DNA from: an uncultured Opitutaceae bacterium
GTDB taxonomy: Bacteria > Verrucomicrobiota > Verrucomicrobiia > Opitutales > Opitutaceae
Assembly: GCA_964601365.1 (NCBI GenBank)
Contig: CAZRNE010000009.1
Location: forward strand, 5,938-69,937
DNA: 64,000 bases
Direction of reading: 5' to 3'
Each line of letters starts with the position of its first letter. The stretch's first letter is position 1. Under the pieces are notes generated by a model, which was not told where the DNA came from, did no database searches, and was given only the letters and a program-made list of their open reading frames with translations. Below are positions 1 to 9,113 of this stretch, in pieces. The translations under genes and the position numbers were made by a program.

Positions 1-852
1 CAGGCTCGTGCCGCCGAAGCCGAGGCGCACATCCTCGGCGCGCACCTGCGCGTCCGCGGCCTCGCCGAAGGTGATGAGCCGGACGGAACCGGCCAGGGCA
101 GCGGCCAGCTCGCGTCCGCGGGGGTCGTCGAGGTTCACCACGGCGGCGCGGGGCGCGGGGCCGTTGGCACCGGAGAACAGACGGCGCTTGGCCGCAAAGT
201 AGCTGTCGAGCGAGCCGTGGTAGTCGAGGTGGTCCTGCGTGAGATTTGTGAACACGGCCACGCCGAACCGGGCGCCGAGCACGCGCTGCTGGTCCAGGGC
301 GTGTGAGCTGACCTCCATGACCGCCTGGCGCAGGCCGGCATCGCGCATCTGGGCCAGCAGGCCGTAGAAATCGAGCGCCTCGGGCGTCGTGCGGTAGGAC
401 GGCACCGAACGCGCGCCGAGATCATAGCGCACCGTGCCGAGCAGGCCGACGCGGCTGGCCGGCGTCTCGAGCAGGTGCTGCAACAGGTGCGCGACGGTGG
501 TCTTGCCGTTGGTGCCGGTGATGCCGACCAGCTCGAGGTCGCGGTCGGGGAACTTGTAGTAACGCTGGGCGACGCGCGCGAGCGCGTGCCGGGCATCGGC
601 GACCTGGACGTAGGTGACGCGCGCCGCCGTGCCGGCGGGGATTTTCTCCGTCACCACCGCCACCGCGCCGCGCTGGATGGCCTCGTCGATGAACGAGGCT
701 CCGTCGGCCCGCCGGCCCGGCAGGGCGAAGAAGAGGTTGCCCGGCAGCACCCGCCGGCTGTCCATGGCGAGGCCCGAGATCGGGCGCTCAAGGTCGCCCT
801 TGCTGGCGAGGATTTCGTCCTCCGGCAGGTAGTCGGAAAGCTTGGGAGCCAT
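1..852 (-). CDS. murE: UDP-N-acetylmuramoyl-L-alanyl-D-glutamate--2,6-diaminopimelate ligase MurE, N-terminal part (3' end runs off the window)
   Basis: Own translation of the minus strand from ATG at 850-852: MAPKLSDYLPEDEILASKGDLERPISGLAMDSRRVLPGNLFFALPGRRADGASFIDEAIQRGAVAVV...GITGTNGKTTVAHLL (Mur ligase P-loop)...TNLTQDHLDYHGS. No stop before position 1, so it is absent from the ORF track. It lies directly downstream of ftsI, as in the dcw cluster. Confidence 0.85.
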   Translation of the reverse strand, partial: MAPKLSDYLPEDEILASKGDLERPISGLAMDSRRVLPGNLFFALPGRRADGASFIDEAIQRGAVAVVTEKIPAGTAARVTYVQVADARHALARVAQRYYKFPDRDLELVGITGTNGKTTVAHLLQHLLETPASRVGLLGTVRYDLGARSVPSYRTTPEALDFYGLLAQMRDAGLRQAVMEVSSHALDQQRVLGARFGVAVFTNLTQDHLDYHGSLDSYFAAKRRLFSGANGPAPRAAVVNLDDPRGRELAAALAGSVRLITFGEAADAQVRAEDVRLGFGGTSL

Positions 853-953
853 TTGGAAGATGCGCTGCTGGATGCGCGAGGGTCGGCGGGTGCGGGGAAG
901 CGGGAGCGCGCGGAAGGCTGCGACCAGCGGGTAGTTGGGGGTCAGGTAGCCGA

Positions 954-2759
954 TCACCGGTCGCCTCCCTTCAGCGCGAGAAGCGGGCGGTTCAGGACCG
1001 GGCCGGGGCGGATGTTGCGGTATTGGATCAGCTGTTCCGCGATGTGCTTGAAGGCCGGGGCGGCGACGATGCGGCCGTAGGCGGAGCCGCCCGGCACCTT
1101 GGCGTCGTCCACGATGACGCTGAGCACGATCTCCGGACGGCTGGCGGGGAAAAATCCGACGAACGAACCCACGTGGCGGGTGGTCACGTATTTGCCGTCG
1201 ATGATCTTCTGGGTCGTGCCCGTCTTGCCGGCGATCTCGAAGCCCTCGATCCGGGCGTCGGCCCCGGTGCCCTCGGGCGACACGACGCGTTGCAACAGCT
1301 GCGAGAGGACGGCGGCGGCGGCGGGCCGGAGCACCTGCCGGCGGGCCTCGGGCTCGAAGCGGCGCACCACCCGGCCGTCGGCGGTGCGGACTTCCTTCAC
1401 GATCTGCGGGCGCAGCAACACGCCGCCGTTGGCCACGGTGGCCATGGCCATGTGGATCTGGAGCGGCGTGGCCGCGATGGCATGGCCCATCGGCATGCGC
1501 GTGATCGTGAGGCCGTCCCACTTGTCGGGGGATTCGAGGATGCCCCGCACCTCGCCGCCCAGCGGAAAACCGGTTGTTTCCCCGAAGCCGAACTGCCGCG
1601 CATAGTCGTGGAACCGCCGGTCGCCCAGCTGCATGGCGAGCTGGGCCGCGCCACGATTGCTGGAATGGCTGACGATCTCCGCGACCGACATCCAACTGCC
1701 GGCATGGTCGTCCTTCGGCAGCGCACGGGACCGCCCGTTGTAGAACACCGACGTGAGCCCGCAGTCAAAGCGCGACACAGGCGTGACGAGGCCCTCGTTC
1801 AGGGCGCCGCCGGCGGCGACGATCTTGAAGGTCGAGCCCGGCTCGATGATGTCGGTGACGGCGTAGTTGCGTTGGGCCTCGAGCGGGGCCTTGTTGAACT
1901 GGTTCGGGTCGTAGGTCGGGTAGTTGGCGAGGCCGAGGATGGCGCCGGTGTGCGGGTCGCTGACGATGATGGTGGCGAAGTGCGGGTCGAATTTCGCGGC
2001 GATGGTCCGCAGCTCCTGCTCGATGATGTTCTGGATGACGGAATCGATGGTGAGGACGACGTCCTGGCCGTCGACCGCCGGCACCTCGCGGGAGCGGAAC
2101 TGCGAAAGCTCGCGGCGCGCGCCGTCCTTCTCGGTCTCGATCCAACCGTCCTGCCCCTGGAGATAGAGGTCGAAGTGCCGTTCGACGCCGGTGACGGGCG
2201 TGCCCTCCTTGTTCACGTAGCCGACCAGGTGCGAGGCCAGCTGGCCGCCGGGGTAGACGCGGCGGTATTCGCGGGTGCCGTAGATGCCGCGGATCTTCAG
2301 GGCGAGTATGGCCTTGTAGGCGTTCTCGTCGACGTTCTCGGCCAGCTTGACCCAGCGGATGCGGCGCTCGCGCGGCTCGGCATCGGGCGAGGCGGCGGCG
2401 AATTTTTGCGCGGCGGCGCCGCGGCGCAGGAGGCTTTCGAGTTCCGCGGGCCGGAGGCCGGCCAGGCGCGCCAGCTCGGGCCAGCGGGCCTCGTCTTCGC
2501 GGCGGAGCAACTCCGGGTCGGCGCCGAGCACGACGTAGGACCGGCTGGTCGCGAGGAGGTTGCCCTGGCTGTCGGTGATGGCGCCGCGCCGCGCGGGCTC
2601 GACCGTGATCTGGCGGCGGGCCTTGTCCACGTAGCGCACGAGGTTGTCGCGGTCGAGCACGTGCAGTTGCACGAGGCGGACGCCGACCGCCGCGAAGCAG
2701 AGCAGCACGCCACCGGCGAGCAGATGCATGCGGATGTTGGCGGCGAAACCCTGCGACAT
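954..2759 (-). CDS. ftsI: Peptidoglycan D,D-transpeptidase FtsI (class B PBP)
   Basis: 601-aa ORF with an N-terminal TM helix. Penicillin-binding motifs are present: STFK (GSTFKIV), SSN (SHSSNRG) and KTGT (AGKTGTTQK). It sits between ftsL-like and murE. Confidence 0.9.
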   Translation of the reverse strand: MSQGFAANIRMHLLAGGVLLCFAAVGVRLVQLHVLDRDNLVRYVDKARRQITVEPARRGAITDSQGNLLATSRSYVVLGADPELLRREDEARWPELARLAGLRPAELESLLRRGAAAQKFAAASPDAEPRERRIRWVKLAENVDENAYKAILALKIRGIYGTREYRRVYPGGQLASHLVGYVNKEGTPVTGVERHFDLYLQGQDGWIETEKDGARRELSQFRSREVPAVDGQDVVLTIDSVIQNIIEQELRTIAAKFDPHFATIIVSDPHTGAILGLANYPTYDPNQFNKAPLEAQRNYAVTDIIEPGSTFKIVAAGGALNEGLVTPVSRFDCGLTSVFYNGRSRALPKDDHAGSWMSVAEIVSHSSNRGAAQLAMQLGDRRFHDYARQFGFGETTGFPLGGEVRGILESPDKWDGLTITRMPMGHAIAATPLQIHMAMATVANGGVLLRPQIVKEVRTADGRVVRRFEPEARRQVLRPAAAAVLSQLLQRVVSPEGTGADARIEGFEIAGKTGTTQKIIDGKYVTTRHVGSFVGFFPASRPEIVLSVIVDDAKVPGGSAYGRIVAAPAFKHIAEQLIQYRNIRPGPVLNRPLLALKGGDR

Positions 2760-2761
2760 GG

Positions 2762-3211
2762 TCAGCGGGCGGCGGCGAGTTGGAAGCGGAAGGGCCGGGC
2801 GACGCCCGGCGGCGCCGCGGCCGGCACCACGGCGAAGACCTCGCGGTGACGCTTGGCGGCGAGGCGGCGCATGACCGGTTCGGAGACGCGGGCCACCCGC
2901 TCCTCCCGCGGCACGGCGAGGCCGAGGCGCATGGCCTCGTTCTGGCGCGTGAGGGCGGCGGGGTTGAGCGCGGCGGCCACCTCGGCGTCAATCCCGGCCA
3001 GCTGCCGCTCAACGTCGGCGAGGCGGACCTCGACGGCGCGGTTGCGCGCGGCGGTCTGGAAGATCTCCTGGCGCATCCACACCGCGGCGAGGCCGAGCGA
3101 ACCGGCGAAGACCAGCAGCGCGAGCGTGAGCAGGAACATGCGGTTGACGAGACCGGCGGGAACGGCCGGGCCGGAGGGAGCGGGCAGAGTCTGGGTGGCG
3201 GTGGCGATCAT
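2762..3211 (-). CDS. FtsL-like cell division protein (single TM plus coiled-coil)
   Basis: Start taken at internal ATG 3209-3211 (MIATATQ...), because rsmH ends at 3225. Hydrophobic helix FLLTLALLVFAGSLGLAAVW is followed by a helical region. Assignment rests on position between rsmH and ftsI, not on sequence similarity. Confidence 0.6.
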   Translation of the reverse strand: MIATATQTLPAPSGPAVPAGLVNRMFLLTLALLVFAGSLGLAAVWMRQEIFQTAARNRAVEVRLADVERQLAGIDAEVAAALNPAALTRQNEAMRLGLAVPREERVARVSEPVMRRLAAKRHREVFAVVPAAAPPGVARPFRFQLAAAR

Positions 3212-3224
3212 GGCGGGGTGGAAG

Positions 3225-4175
3225 TCAGAGTTTCCGCAGGGCGCGGAGCTTGGCGGAACGGCTGCGGGGATTGCGGGCGAGTTCGGCGGGGCCGGGCGTG
3301 ACCGGACGGCGCGTGAGCGGCTCGGCGTGCTTGGTGCGCATCTGCTGCGGCGTGGCGTCGTCGGCGTCGACGGGCTGGCCGCATTGCGCGCGGAAGAACT
3401 GCTTGGCGATGCGGTCCTCGAGGGAGTGGAAACTGATGACGACGAGCACGCCGCCGGGCTTGAGCTTGGCAAAGGCGACCGGCAGCGCGCGCCCGATGGC
3501 GCCGAGCTCGTCGTTGACGGCGATGCGCAGCCCTTGGAAGGAGCGCGTCGCGGGGTGGATCTTGCTGTCGCGTTTGGCCGCGGCCGGGACGGCGTCCGCG
3601 ATGACCTGCGCGAGCGAAGCGGTGCGTTCGAGCCGGCCGGTGCCGCGGGCCTCCTCGAGGGCGCGGACCACGCGGCGCCAGTTGGGCTCCTCCCCGTAGT
3701 CCCGGATGGCGCGCACGAGTTCGTGGTGCGAAGCGCGCTCGACCCACGCCGAGGCGGGCAGGCCCTGGCGCGGATCGAGACGCATGTCTGCTGGTGCGTC
3801 GTTGCGGAACGAAAAGCCGCGCGTCGCGTCGTCCAGTTGGAAGGACGACACGCCGAAATCGAACAGCGCGCCGTCGAATCCGGCGTCGGCCAGTTCGGCG
3901 AGGCGGCCGAAATCGAGATCCACGAAGCGGAATCTTCCGGAGAAATCCGCGGCGACCTCGGACGCGCGCGGGGCCGCGGCCGGATCCCGGTCCAGGGCGG
4001 TCACATGCGCGCCGGCCTGCAACAACGCCCGGGTGTGTCCGCCGCCGCCAAACGTGGCGTCGAGAAAGCACCGGCCGGGAGCAGGCGCGAGGAATTCCAG
4101 CGCCTCGTGGAGCAGGACGGGCGTATGACCCGCGGTCATGGGGCGCTCACATGGTTCAGGGAACGCGGCGCGCAT
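3225..4175 (-). CDS. rsmH: 16S rRNA (cytosine1402-N4)-methyltransferase RsmH (MraW)
   Basis: [14 protein letters not shown]-terminus, GGGGH SAM-binding motif and [10 protein letters not shown] motif. An alternative ATG start lies at 4139 ([10 protein letters not shown]). Confidence 0.9.
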   Translation of the reverse strand: MRAAFPEPCERPMTAGHTPVLLHEALEFLAPAPGRCFLDATFGGGGHTRALLQAGAHVTALDRDPAAAPRASEVAADFSGRFRFVDLDFGRLAELADAGFDGALFDFGVSSFQLDDATRGFSFRNDAPADMRLDPRQGLPASAWVERASHHELVRAIRDYGEEPNWRRVVRALEEARGTGRLERTASLAQVIADAVPAAAKRDSKIHPATRSFQGLRIAVNDELGAIGRALPVAFAKLKPGGVLVVISFHSLEDRIAKQFFRAQCGQPVDADDATPQQMRTKHAEPLTRRPVTPGPAELARNPRSRSAKLRALRKL

Positions 4176-4298
4176 GGGGTTTTTTGCGCGGGAGCGGCAG
4201 GGGCATCGCTCCGCGCAGGGTGCGGCGACGGCTGAGACCGATGAGGGAGAGCTTGGGCAGGGGCTGGGTCCGGATGATCATGGAAGTGGTTTTCATGC

Positions 4299-4751
4299 TC
4301 AGAGGCCGATGCGGCGCATCATGTCGCCAAAGTTTTCGCCGGCCGTGCTGCGGAGCTCCTCCTCCCAGCGCGCCGGACTGTAGATGTTGAAAGTGTCGCC
4401 CATGCCGCCGAGCACGGCCGTCTTCGCGATGCCGGCGTGCTTGAGCAGGCTCGCGCTCACGCCGAAGCGCCCCTGCTTGTCGAAGGTGAACGACAGCGCG
4501 CCGGAGAAAATGCGCGCCTTCACCGCCTGGGCCTCGCGATCGGAATGGCGCTGCGCCGAAACCTGCTCGAGCAGCTTCTCCACGCGCGCGGGCGGCAGCA
4601 CCGCGATGTAGCCGTCCGGATGCGGAATGGCCAAAAACGTCTCCGTGTCCGAGTGCGTCCAGCGCCACAACGACGGGATCGTCAGACGATTCTTGTCGTC
4701 GAGCGTGTGGTCGAAGTGACCGGAATAGACGTTCTTGTGCGCGGAAGTCAT
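4299..4751 (-). CDS. mraZ: Transcriptional regulator MraZ
   Basis: 150 aa with two DxxxR-type repeats (LDDKNRLTIP and FDKQGRFGV). It is the first gene of the dcw cluster. Confidence 0.9.
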   Translation of the reverse strand: MTSAHKNVYSGHFDHTLDDKNRLTIPSLWRWTHSDTETFLAIPHPDGYIAVLPPARVEKLLEQVSAQRHSDREAQAVKARIFSGALSFTFDKQGRFGVSASLLKHAGIAKTAVLGGMGDTFNIYSPARWEEELRSTAGENFGDMMRRIGL

Positions 4752-4773
4752 TGGGGTGCCGTTCCCTAAAACG

Positions 4774-4791
4774 CCCCATTTCTCCCCATTT
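4774..4791 (-). promoter_or_regulatory. Possible MraZ operator: direct TGGGG repeats at 10-nt spacing upstream of mraZ
   Basis: The minus strand reads gAAATGGGGaGAAATGGGGcg about 23-40 nt upstream of the mraZ ATG. E. coli MraZ binds TGGGN direct repeats at about 10-bp period. Confidence 0.3.
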
Positions 4792-4918
4792 CACACCCCC
4801 CAGTCAAGCAAACTAAGCCGGTTTTCCCCAAAAACTTGCTCACAAATTATTGTCAGGAGACCGCTCCGGTTTTGAGGCACGGTTTTGACTATTCCCCGGC
4901 CCCGCCAAATCCTGCGGC

Positions 4919-6223
4919 ATGCCGCTGCGGGCGCTGACCATCGACTTCAACTCGTTCTTCGCCTCCGTCGAGCAGCAGGAGCGGCCGGAGTTGCGCGGCA
5001 AACCCGTGGCCGTTGTGCCGGTGCTGGCGGAAACGACCGGTGCGATTGCGGTCAGCATTGAAGCCAAGAAAATGGGCTTGGCCCGCAATGCCCGCCTCAG
5101 CGAGGCGCGCCGCCAATGCCCGGGGCTTCTGATCGTCGAGGCGCGCCCCGAGGTTTACATCAACTACCAACGCCGGCTGGCCAAAGCCATCCAGGCTCTC
5201 GTGCCGGAAACCAAGGTGCAATCCATCGACGAACTGACGGCCCATCTCGACGGTATGCTGTCGCGACCGCAGGCGGAGAAACTGGCCAAGACCATCAAGA
5301 CGAAGATCGCCCGCGAGGTCGGACCCCTCCTCCGCTGCTCCATCGGCATCGCGCCCAACTGGCTCCTGGCCAAGGTTGCTTCCGACATGCAGAAGCCCGA
5401 CGGGCTCGTGATCCTCGAGGACGCGGACATCCCCGCCAAGCTCCTGCACCTGGCGCCCGGAGACATCGCCGGCATCGGCCCCAACATCCAACGCCGCCTG
5501 GCCGTCCACGGCATCAACACGATGGCCCAGCTTTACGCCGCCAAGATGGCGGAGTTCCGCGGCATCTGGGGCGGGGTGCGAGGCGAGCAGATGTGGCGCC
5601 TGCTGCACGGCGAAAATCTCCCCTATTTCGAGCACGAGAGCGGCAAGACCATCGGCCACGGTCACGTGCTTCCCCCGGCCAAGCGCAACCACACCGACGC
5701 GCTCGCCGTGCTCAAACGCCTCTTGCAAAAGGCCGCGATGCGCCTGCGGCACTCGCAGCTCTACACCGGGGCCTTGAGCGTGTTCATCGACTACATCGAC
5801 GGCGCTTCGTGGTCCGACGAACTGCGCCTGACCGAGACCCAGGACACCCTCCGCCTGACGCACGCGCTCAACGACCTCTGGAAAAAGCGCCCCGCGCAGC
5901 ACGCCCGCCGCGTTCCGCTGCGCGTCGGCGTGCACCTGACCCGGCTGATCGACCTCAAGCTCCACACGCCCGACCTCTTCGAGGAGCCGGTCGAGCGGAC
6001 CCGCGGCAAGCTCTTCGAGGCCGTCGACCACCTGAACAAGGTGTTCGGCAAGAACACCGTCTATCTGGGCGGCGCGCACGGCGCCACCAAGGACGCCCCC
6101 ATGCGCATCGCCTTCACCCGCATCCCCGAGCCCGAACTCGAGGAAATCGACCGCTCGCGCCAGCGCCGCGTCCGCCCCCTCAAGCCTCCCGCCGCGCCCG
6201 AACCACCCGACTACGCCGAATAG
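4919..6223 (+). CDS. Y-family DNA polymerase (Pol IV/DinB-like)
   Basis: N-terminus LTIDFNSFFASVEQQERPELRGKPVAVV, catalytic SIDE motif (VQSIDELTAHL) and IGIAPNWLLAKVASDMQKPDG, typical of the UmuC/DinB family. Divergent from mraZ. Confidence 0.8.
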   Translation: MPLRALTIDFNSFFASVEQQERPELRGKPVAVVPVLAETTGAIAVSIEAKKMGLARNARLSEARRQCPGLLIVEARPEVYINYQRRLAKAIQALVPETKVQSIDELTAHLDGMLSRPQAEKLAKTIKTKIAREVGPLLRCSIGIAPNWLLAKVASDMQKPDGLVILEDADIPAKLLHLAPGDIAGIGPNIQRRLAVHGINTMAQLYAAKMAEFRGIWGGVRGEQMWRLLHGENLPYFEHESGKTIGHGHVLPPAKRNHTDALAVLKRLLQKAAMRLRHSQLYTGALSVFIDYIDGASWSDELRLTETQDTLRLTHALNDLWKKRPAQHARRVPLRVGVHLTRLIDLKLHTPDLFEEPVERTRGKLFEAVDHLNKVFGKNTVYLGGAHGATKDAPMRIAFTRIPEPELEEIDRSRQRRVRPLKPPAAPEPPDYAE

Positions 6224-6463
6224 ATTCGCCTGCGTGTTGGCAATTTCTGCTCCGGTGGGTCAGCGTTACCGAGCGCAAGCGACGTCCGCCACTCGCTCGC
6301 GCCGAAGTAGCGCCCGCAAGCGGGCTGGCCCACGAGCCGGTGGAGTCTTGCGATCAATCTCCGCACCTCCCCGGGGCCTCGCCGAAACCTCGGCGGCTCA
6401 ACGAGTTTGCTTTTGACAATTTCGCCGGCGCCCGGCTTTGATTCGGAAACCCGCCACCGCCAC

Positions 6464-7489
6464 ATGTTCAACCAACTGCTGGGACTTTTCTCGAACGACA
6501 TCGGCATCGACCTCGGCACGGCGAACACCCTCGTCTACGTGAAGGACAAGGGCATCGTCCTCCGCGAGCCCAGCGTGGTCGCCGTCCACACCGGCAGCCG
6601 CAAGGTCCTCGCCGTCGGCGACGAGGCCAAGAAGATGCTCGGCCGCACCCCCGGCAACATCACCGCCATCCGCCCGATGAAGGACGGCGTCATCGCCGAC
6701 TTCGACATCACCGAGTCGATGCTGCGCTACTTCATCAAGAAGGTGCACAACAACTCCAAGATCGTCTCACCCCGCGTCGTCGTCGCCATCCCGAGCGGCA
6801 TCACCGAGGTCGAGAAACGCGCGGTCAAGGAGTCCGCCACCCACGCCGGCGCCCGCGAGGTCCTCACCATCCTCGAGCCCATGGCCGCCGCCCTCGGCGT
6901 CGGCCTGCCCGTCGACGAACCCGCCGCCAACATGATCGTCGACATCGGCGGCGGCACCACCGAGATCGCCATCATTTCGCTCTCCGGCATCGTCTTCTCC
7001 AAGTCCATCCGCGTGGCCGGCGACGAGATCGACGCCGCCATCATCAACTACATGAAGCGCGCCTACAACCTGCTCATCGGCGAGCGCACGGCGGAAGAGA
7101 TCAAGATGACCATCGGCTCCGCCTACCCGCTCGAGCAGGAGCTGGCGATGGAGGTCAAGGGCCGCGACTCCGTCGCCGGCCTGCCCAAGACCATCCACAT
7201 CACCTCGCAGGAGATCCGCGAGGCCATCGCCGACACCATCGGCTCCATCGTCGAGGCCGTGCGCGCCGCCCTCGAACGCTGCCCGCCCGAACTCTCCGCC
7301 GACCTCGTCGATCGCGGCTTCGTCATGGCCGGCGGCGGCTCGCTCATCCGCGGCATCGACAAGCTCCTCTCCGAGAAGACCGGCCTGCCCGTCACCGTCT
7401 CCGACGACCCCCTCTCCGCCGTCGCCAACGGCACCGGCGTCTTCCTCAACAACATCGACGAGCTCTACCGCATCGCCGCCGACTTCTGA
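6464..7489 (+). CDS. mreB: Rod shape-determining protein MreB
   Basis: MFNQLLGLFSNDIGIDLGTANTLVYVKDKGIVLREPSVVAV and DIGGGTTEIA actin-fold motifs. The ATG at 6464 is preferred over the upstream extension in the track. Confidence 0.95.
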   Translation: MFNQLLGLFSNDIGIDLGTANTLVYVKDKGIVLREPSVVAVHTGSRKVLAVGDEAKKMLGRTPGNITAIRPMKDGVIADFDITESMLRYFIKKVHNNSKIVSPRVVVAIPSGITEVEKRAVKESATHAGAREVLTILEPMAAALGVGLPVDEPAANMIVDIGGGTTEIAIISLSGIVFSKSIRVAGDEIDAAIINYMKRAYNLLIGERTAEEIKMTIGSAYPLEQELAMEVKGRDSVAGLPKTIHITSQEIREAIADTIGSIVEAVRAALERCPPELSADLVDRGFVMAGGGSLIRGIDKLLSEKTGLPVTVSDDPLSAVANGTGVFLNNIDELYRIAADF

Positions 7490-7492
7490 GCC

Positions 7493-7714
7493 ATGCGAGG
7501 GTCATTTCAACCGGTCGCTTGGAGCCGGATCTGGAATTCGGGCATCGGCCGCGGGATCGTGGCCGTGATCGCCTCGTTTCTGGCCTCCGCGGCCGTTCAC
7601 CTCGCCCTGACAGCCGACCCGCATTGGGCGTGGTCCACTCGCAACGCGCTGCTTGTGACATTGATCTTCAGCGTTGCTTTGCGTCGAAGCAAGAAGGGCG
7701 ACGACGGCCGCTGA
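7493..7714 (+). CDS. Small predicted two-TM membrane protein encoded in the mreB-mreC spacer
   Basis: 73-aa ORF starting with ATG 4 nt after the mreB stop. Two hydrophobic segments (GIVAVIASFLASAAVHLAL, ALLVTLIFSVAL) and a basic tail. My hand count gives third-position GC of about 80 %. No family recognised. Confidence 0.45.
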   Translation: MRGSFQPVAWSRIWNSGIGRGIVAVIASFLASAAVHLALTADPHWAWSTRNALLVTLIFSVALRRSKKGDDGR

Positions 7715-7737
7715 CAGCTGTCGCGCCCCGTCCCGCC

Positions 7738-8574
7738 GTGCTTCCCCGACGCTTCGACCAGGCCCGCCCCTTCGCCACGCTCGGCGTGTTGCTGCTCGTG
7801 TGGCTGCTGCTGCCCTTCGGGCTCAAGGCCTTCACGCGCACGACCTTTTTCGAGCTGCAGGCGCCGTTCGCCGCCGCCCAGTCCTATGTGCAGGACCTGC
7901 AGGAGTTCTGGGCGCTGCGCGTGCGCCCCAAGCAGGAGATCATCGAGGCCGGCCGCGACCTTGCGCGGCTCAACGCCGCCTATGAGGTGCGCCTGCAGGA
8001 AAACGAACAGCTCCGCGCCGAGATCCTCCGCCTCGAGAACCTGCTCAAGCTCCCGCCCCTGCCCGACCACCGTCTCGAGCCCGCCCGCGTGGCGCGGCGC
8101 GACTTCAACGGCTGGTGGCAGCGCATGGTCATCCGCAAGGGCGAGAAACACGGCATCACCGTCGGCGCGCCGGTGGTCTTCTCCGGCGGCGTCGTCGGGC
8201 GCATCAGCGAGGTGCATCTCTACACCTCCGTTGTTGACCTCGTCACCAGCCCGACCGTGCGCCTCGCCGCCGCCATCGACGCCGACACGCGCCCCGTCAG
8301 CTACCAGGGCGGTCTCAACGCCAGCTTCAGCGCGCCCCGCGGCACCGTCGAGTTCGTGCCGCTCGACATCAACGCCAGCCCGTCCGCGCCCCGCCGCCTC
8401 GTCACCTCCGGCCTCGGCGGCGTCTTCCCGTCCGGTCTGCTCATCGGCGAGATCACCCGCCTCGAGATCAGCTCGGACGGCCTGTTCAAAACCGGCGAGG
8501 TCCGGCTCGACGACCGCCTGCATTCGCTCACCGAGGTGACCGTGCTCGTGCAGCTCAACCCCGAGGATCGCTGA
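7738..8574 (+). CDS. mreC: Rod shape-determining protein MreC
   Basis: TM helix (LGVLLLVWLLLPFGL), coiled-coil (NAAYEVRLQENEQLRAEILRLENLL), then a beta-rich domain (VVFSGGVVGRISEV). The start is uncertain: GTG 7738 was chosen, and the maximal ORF starts at TTG 7519 but overlaps the small ORF. Confidence 0.8.
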   Translation: MLPRRFDQARPFATLGVLLLVWLLLPFGLKAFTRTTFFELQAPFAAAQSYVQDLQEFWALRVRPKQEIIEAGRDLARLNAAYEVRLQENEQLRAEILRLENLLKLPPLPDHRLEPARVARRDFNGWWQRMVIRKGEKHGITVGAPVVFSGGVVGRISEVHLYTSVVDLVTSPTVRLAAAIDADTRPVSYQGGLNASFSAPRGTVEFVPLDINASPSAPRRLVTSGLGGVFPSGLLIGEITRLEISSDGLFKTGEVRLDDRLHSLTEVTVLVQLNPEDR

Positions 8575-8575
8575 C

Positions 8576-9109
8576 ATGCGCCGCCCCGACCTCCGCTGGC
8601 TCGCGCCCCTCGTCGCGAACATGGTGCTGCTCCAGCTCGGCGCGCTGGCCAACCACCACCTGGCCCCTTTCGGCCTGACGCTCTTTTGCGGCGGCTTGCT
8701 GGTCACCTACGCCGCCGCGCGGCTCGATCTCCGGCACGGCCTCACCGGCACGCTGCTCACCGGCCTGCTCTTCGACGCGCTCAGCCCCGTGCCCTTTGGG
8801 CTCGGCACCTTCTTCCTCGGCCTCGCGCATGTGCTGATCTTCCAGGGCCGCCAGCGCTTCCCGCGCGACGAGCCCGTCTTCTTCACCGTCGTGGCGCTGC
8901 TCGCCAACCTCTTCCTGTTCCTCTGCCTGTCCTTTGCGCTCGTGGGCGACAACCCCCGGCCGGCGGCCGCGTGGGGCCGCCTGTTCGTGGACCTGATCTT
9001 CTCGCAGCTCGCCCTCGCCCTGGTGGCCGCGTGGTTCTTCGCCCTGCAGAACGCCCTCATCGAATTCACCGGCCGCCACCCGGAAACCGGCCGCCCCTTG
9101 CCGCACTAG
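8576..9109 (+). CDS. mreD: Rod shape-determining protein MreD (polytopic membrane protein)
   Basis: 177-aa multi-TM protein immediately after mreC and before mrdA. The call is mostly positional. Confidence 0.6.
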   Translation: MRRPDLRWLAPLVANMVLLQLGALANHHLAPFGLTLFCGGLLVTYAAARLDLRHGLTGTLLTGLLFDALSPVPFGLGTFFLGLAHVLIFQGRQRFPRDEPVFFTVVALLANLFLFLCLSFALVGDNPRPAAAWGRLFVDLIFSQLALALVAAWFFALQNALIEFTGRHPETGRPLPH

Positions 9110-9113
9110 CGCC

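Noticed and set aside
1023-2849. 608-aa plus-strand ORF antisense to ftsI. Similar very long antisense ORFs occur at 9066-10964, 24560-26374, 44496-46559, 55745-58591, 28127-30142 and 12482-14332.
   Set aside because: These are typical shadow ORFs of a high-GC genome. Their translations are Arg/Gly/Ala/Pro-rich and low in complexity with no recognisable motifs. Each lies opposite a gene with unambiguous family signatures.
6411-6445. TTGACA hexamer upstream of mreB, considered as a -35 box.
   Set aside because: No acceptable -10 hexamer lies at 16-18 nt spacing (the best is cttTGAttc). It is left uncalled.
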